DNA of 37,999 bases, taken from contig NW_021835942.1 of assembly GCF_006345805.1 (NCBI RefSeq), forward strand, positions 1 to 37,999, in the 5' to 3' direction. This DNA is from Octopus sinensis. Its lineage: Eukaryota. The translations under genes were made by a program, and so were the position numbers. Below, one piece after another: positions 34,217 to 37,999 of this stretch (positions within the stretch are counted from its first letter, which is position 1; each line of letters begins with the position of its first letter). Below the pieces are notes generated by a model, which was not told the origin of the DNA, ran no database searches, and was given only the letters and a program-made list of their open reading frames with translations.

Positions 34217-34730
34217 TCAAGAGTGTAGGTCTTTTGGAATTCTCTTCCAGTACGTATCTGTCAGAAATTGTCCACATCAAACAGCTCAAGAGAACAGTTA
34301 ACCCTGTAAAACTCATCGCCATGGTGATGATCCTGTTGTCAGAGATGCTCAAACCTCCACTCCAGGCCAATCCGTCATTTTTCTTTTTTTTTTTTATTTA
34401 TATTCCTAACTGCTACGTGATAAGATTGCCTTACATTAATTACTGTACTTCAAAGATAACTACATGAATCTACTACGACTCAAGAGTGTAGGTCTTTTGG
34501 AATTCTCTTCCAGTACGTATCTGTCAGAAATCGTCCACATCAAACAGCTCAAGAGAACAGTTAACCCAGTAAGACTCATCGCCATGTCAGAGATGCTCAA
34601 ACCTCCACTCCAGGCAAATCCGTCATTTTTCTTTTTTTTTTTATTTATATTCCTAACTGCTACGTGATAAGATTGCCTTACATTAACTACTGTACTTCAA
34701 AGATAACTACATGAATCTACTACGACTCAA
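34217..34730. repeat. Tandem duplication (263-bp and 247-bp units)
   Basis: Units 34217-34479 and 34480-34726 with TCAA at all three boundaries; unit 2 lacks 15 bp (GTGATGATCCTGTTG). Confidence 0.93.
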
Positions 34731-35184
34731 TCTTCTAATTCGTTTTACTTTAATTGCAATGAGCCTTGTCATTGAACAGCCGGTCGCATATTTGTAAAAT
34801 GACAACTGTTCCATATTAAAATGGTTAAGAAACATACCAGTAATTTGATCGCTGAAACGAGCATATATCAAATGCTGTACATTATGAAGATGAATGTAAA
34901 AATTTATGTAGACGTTAAAATTGCAACCTTATATACATGCCAATGTAAACGGAATGGAAAGCGTCGTGGGCTCTTTAAAACTTATTAATTTCATAATAGT
35001 AAAACCCGAAGATGACCTCAGTAATTTGAACTCAACGCCCTGGAACGTATATTGCAACGTAGTATGTCAGATTTTCCGACTCCTATCACAATCAGTAATC
35101 TTCAAACATGTTCACACACGTGTGCACACTCATTCATACTCGCACGCATACACGCATACGTACACTAAAATTATTGATGCTAGT

Positions 35185-36420
35185 AGTTAAACTGTATCTG
35201 ACAAGACACTTGAAGCGCTTGAAATTCAAATTGTAAATTAGTCGTGTTCAACAGTATTCTCGAAATAAAATCACAGCCGTTTAAAAACTTCTCTCTTAGG
35301 ATTTCGACCTCTAGGTCATAACAAATCATGATTTTGAGAGAGAGTCTTGCAGCATTATGAATGCTTACGCTCCTATTAATGCGTCAAACTAAACGGTCAG
35401 ATCGCTGGTTCAAGGATATTCAGGGTTGCATAACGCATAACTTGTTCAAGCGAAATGCATGTATCTACTGAATTGTGGGATCTTTTCTCTCTGCGTAGTA
35501 TATCCAGTAACTTTCTGTTGATTATTTTCGTGGTGATTAGTCCTTCACTGAACTATTGGGAGTCTTATATTGTTTGACGTGAATGTTCGGAAAAACATTG
35601 GGAATCAGTCTTGTTCTATTTCACTGAGTAAGCTGAGGAACTAGCTGTTGGAATCCTTATCAAAACATTCATTTCCTACTTTGAGGAGCTGAGTGACGAA
35701 CTCACTAGCAGCATTATAACCAATAAATAATACTCGCATATTAAATGTACGTAGGGCAAAAATTAAGAGATTTTAAGGCGGGCATTGATTTAAATTTGCT
35801 AATGTTCCACCAGGTTCTATAAAGTGAGTTTATTTAAAATCACTGTCTACTAAATCCTGCATTATCCGATCTAGGAATTCAATCACGCGTTTGCGGCTCA
35901 TGGTTGACTTTTCTTAGATAATCAACTTGCATTTTTGTAGAGGCTAAATCTTGGCTGAGAAATTGCACGGATTTTGTTCAGGTCTTACGCGTTAGTATTA
36001 GGGTCTAATGACAACTTAAACATGAAACATTAATGCAGCACTACTTGAAGATACATCAAGGGCAAAATGTTGCATTTGGCGAACATTTACCAGCAGGAGT
36101 TTTGCAAGAAATATTTTACCTGTACCTCCAGGGGTATGAATGAAAGAGATTCATTTTTTGCTATTTTCAACGATTTTCACAATGACACAATAGGCATGTT
36201 TTTGCTCCTGAACAAATCAATGTTAATTTTCATTCACAAACCAGCATGAATACCTTGGTTTGTCTCCTGAAAGGATTCTTGCACTAGTTCAAGATCTATA
36301 TCAAGTTTTGTCAATATACTATTCAATAATTGAAATCCACGAATTTGTTAATACCAGCCAAAAATTCCACACAAAATTTGACAACCTTTATTCTGATTTG
36401 ACTTCGATTGTTTTCTGATA
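35185..36420 (-). pseudogene. Decayed Helitron RepHel PIF1-like helicase domain
   Basis: Manual translation: FIHTPGGTGKIFLAKLLLVNVRQMQHFALDVSSS (Walker A at 36115-36129), KCKLII*EKSTMSRKRVIEFLDRIMQDL, and HNAARLSLK..LEVEIL..FISRILL..LQFEFQALQ; many stops and frameshifts. Confidence 0.85.
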
Positions 36421-36642
36421 TATTACTCTTATACTCGTGCAAGTATAGAAAAGGGAATGAAAGGTCTACATGCAGTAAACATAATTACAAACAGCTGTAA
36501 CATATAACTAACCATGTGATTGACCGTTGCTTCTCTAGAGTCTGATTTCAATGTCTATTGTTACGCAGGAGTCTGTGAAGGCCACCCAATTCTAAGTATG
36601 TTATTTGCATCCTGTTTATCCCTGAGATTTTATATGTCGTTA

Positions 36643-36820
36643 GGGGGAGAGGATTAGCCGATTATATTTACCTCAGTAGTTGACAGGCACTTTGTTTTAT
36701 CGATCACGAAAGGAGGAAAAGTAAAGTTGACCTCGGTACTATATCAGCTCAGAACTTAAAGAGGCAGAAGAAATGCCTAGACGCATGTGAACCGAGGTGT
36801 AAACGATTATGCCACTTCAC
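36643..36820 (-). mobile_element. Old family-C SINE
   Basis: TTTTATCGATCACGAAAGGAGGAAAAGTAAAGTTGACCTCGG. Confidence 0.65.
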
Positions 36821-36930
36821 AACCTTGATAAAAGCAAACTATCGCATATTTATGGTTGTCCGTTTTTGCAGTTTTTGTATTGAAACGGGATATTCACAAA
36901 AAGTCAGACAGCTGATACAGAAATCTCTGC

Positions 36931-36931
<1 letters not shown>

Positions 36932-37013
<82 letters not shown>

Positions 37014-37070
37014 ACTATGTATCTATCTATTTGTCCGTCTGTCTGTTTGCCTGTCTATCTATCTGTCTGT
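36932..37070. repeat. (TATC)n microsatellite with degenerate (TGTC) edge
   Basis: About 20 pure units. Confidence 0.95.
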
Positions 37071-37121
37071 CATGCATATTGTCAGGCAATGCATAACCTG
37101 TCAGGGCATACAACAGATCAG

Positions 37122-37301
37122 AATGTATATATATATATATGTACATACATATATATGAATATATATGTATGTATATATGTAGGTATATATATATATATAT
37201 GTATATATAATGTGTATATATATGTGTATATATATGCATATATACATATGTATATATGCATGTGTATATATCTGTGTATATGTATATGTATGTATATGTT
37301 A

Positions 37302-37351
<50 letters not shown>

Positions 37352-37378
37352 TATATATGTATATGTTACATGTATATG
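37122..37378. repeat. (TA)/(TATG) microsatellite abutting the RTE 3' end
   Basis: Directly visible. Confidence 0.93.
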
Positions 37379-37999
37379 TGATGATGGCAATCCCTCAAGG
37401 TCGAGGATGATGGTCTTCACGCAAATTTACTAGTGAGTCCGTAAGTGACTGATAAGACCAATTCTTGCTTGAAAAGATCGGTCGCAGTGCGGACATCTAG
37501 TGCCGGAAGGGAGAGTCGCACGTGGTTGTTGTTGGCGCTCCTTCCGTCGTCGTCTTTTCTCCTCCAGCTCTGCAGACCTTTTCGACTCGAAAGTCGCCGT
37601 TCCCTCATGGATGGTGGTTTTCCAGAGTGGTCTGTTTTTTGCCGTTTCCTCCCAGTTAGTGAAGTCAATGTCACAATTTTTGAGGTTCGTTTTCAGGGAG
37701 TCCTTGTAGCGTTTCTTCTGGCCTCCTTTTGTACGCTTGCCGTCTTTGAGTTGGGAGTAGATCTGTTTGGGAAGTCGTTCGTCAGTCATTCTAACCACGT
37801 GACCGCTCCATCTTAGTTGGCCTTTGATGACATAGGCTTCGATGCTGGTCATTTTTGCTTCTTGTAGCACGCTGACGTTAGTTCTTCTGTCTTCCCAGCT
37901 GATGTTAAGGATCTTTCGGAAACAGCGTTTGTGAAATTTCTCGAGCGTTTTCAGGTGGTGACTATACGGGGTCCAGGCTTCGGATGCGTAAAGGAGGGT
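37379..37999 (-). mobile_element. 3' end of an RTE-clade (BovB/RTE-like) LINE, running off the window
   Basis: Short 3' UTR with stem-loop (CCTCGACCTTGAGG) and a CATCATCA end. Confidence 0.88.
37430..37999 (-). CDS. C-terminal part of RTE LINE EN/RT polyprotein (partial, open at window edge)
   Basis: Stop-free 189 codons: [74 protein letters not shown] (terminal C2H2 finger). Confidence 0.88.
   Translation of the reverse strand, partial: TLLYASEAWTPYSHHLKTLEKFHKRCFRKILNISWEDRRTNVSVLQEAKMTSIEAYVIKGQLRWSGHVVRMTDERLPKQIYSQLKDGKRTKGGQKKRYKDSLKTNLKNCDIDFTNWEETAKNRPLWKTTIHEGTATFESKRSAELEEKRRRRKERQQQPRATLPSGTRCPHCDRSFQARIGLISHLRTH

Noticed and set aside
34018-34400. Possible host exon or mariner/Tc1 C-terminus (..WKRIPKDLH..WAKWFVQCIES..EYVEW)
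   Set aside because: Multiple stops, no DD(D/E) motif or TIR, and no clear splice sites; the resemblance is too weak without a search.

Overview
AT-rich, repeat-dense animal DNA with no recognisable host protein-coding exon. The SINE, microsatellite and LINE repertoire looks like an octopod cephalopod (Octopus); this is recognition from memory, not a database result. Contents: (i) over 25 tRNA-derived SINE copies or remnants in four groups labelled here A, B, B' and C; (ii) a ~10-kb (GATA)-derived satellite complex (6.7-16.8 kb) holding two head-to-tail, decayed Tx1-clade LINEs; (iii) a CR1/L2-type RT fragment, a decayed Helitron helicase, a non-autonomous Helitron, several MITEs and the 3' end of an RTE-clade LINE; (iv) a ~3-kb SINE-free island (20.3-23.4 kb) with divergent splice donors that may be a promoter. 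Best leads: (1) a ~500-bp palindromic element with a 13-bp TSD (1304-1801) whose arms each consist of a tRNA-like Pol III head plus a Penelope-type minimal hammerhead ribozyme; (2) the young family-C SINE shares its 3'-terminal ~42 nt with the Tx1 LINEs in this window, and 3 of its 4 copies sit at GGTATT sites; (3) both Tx1 copies lie in (GATA)-type arrays and end in 12-bp-period arrays. Long ORFs in the track are satellite or repeat artefacts, or retroelement remnants.
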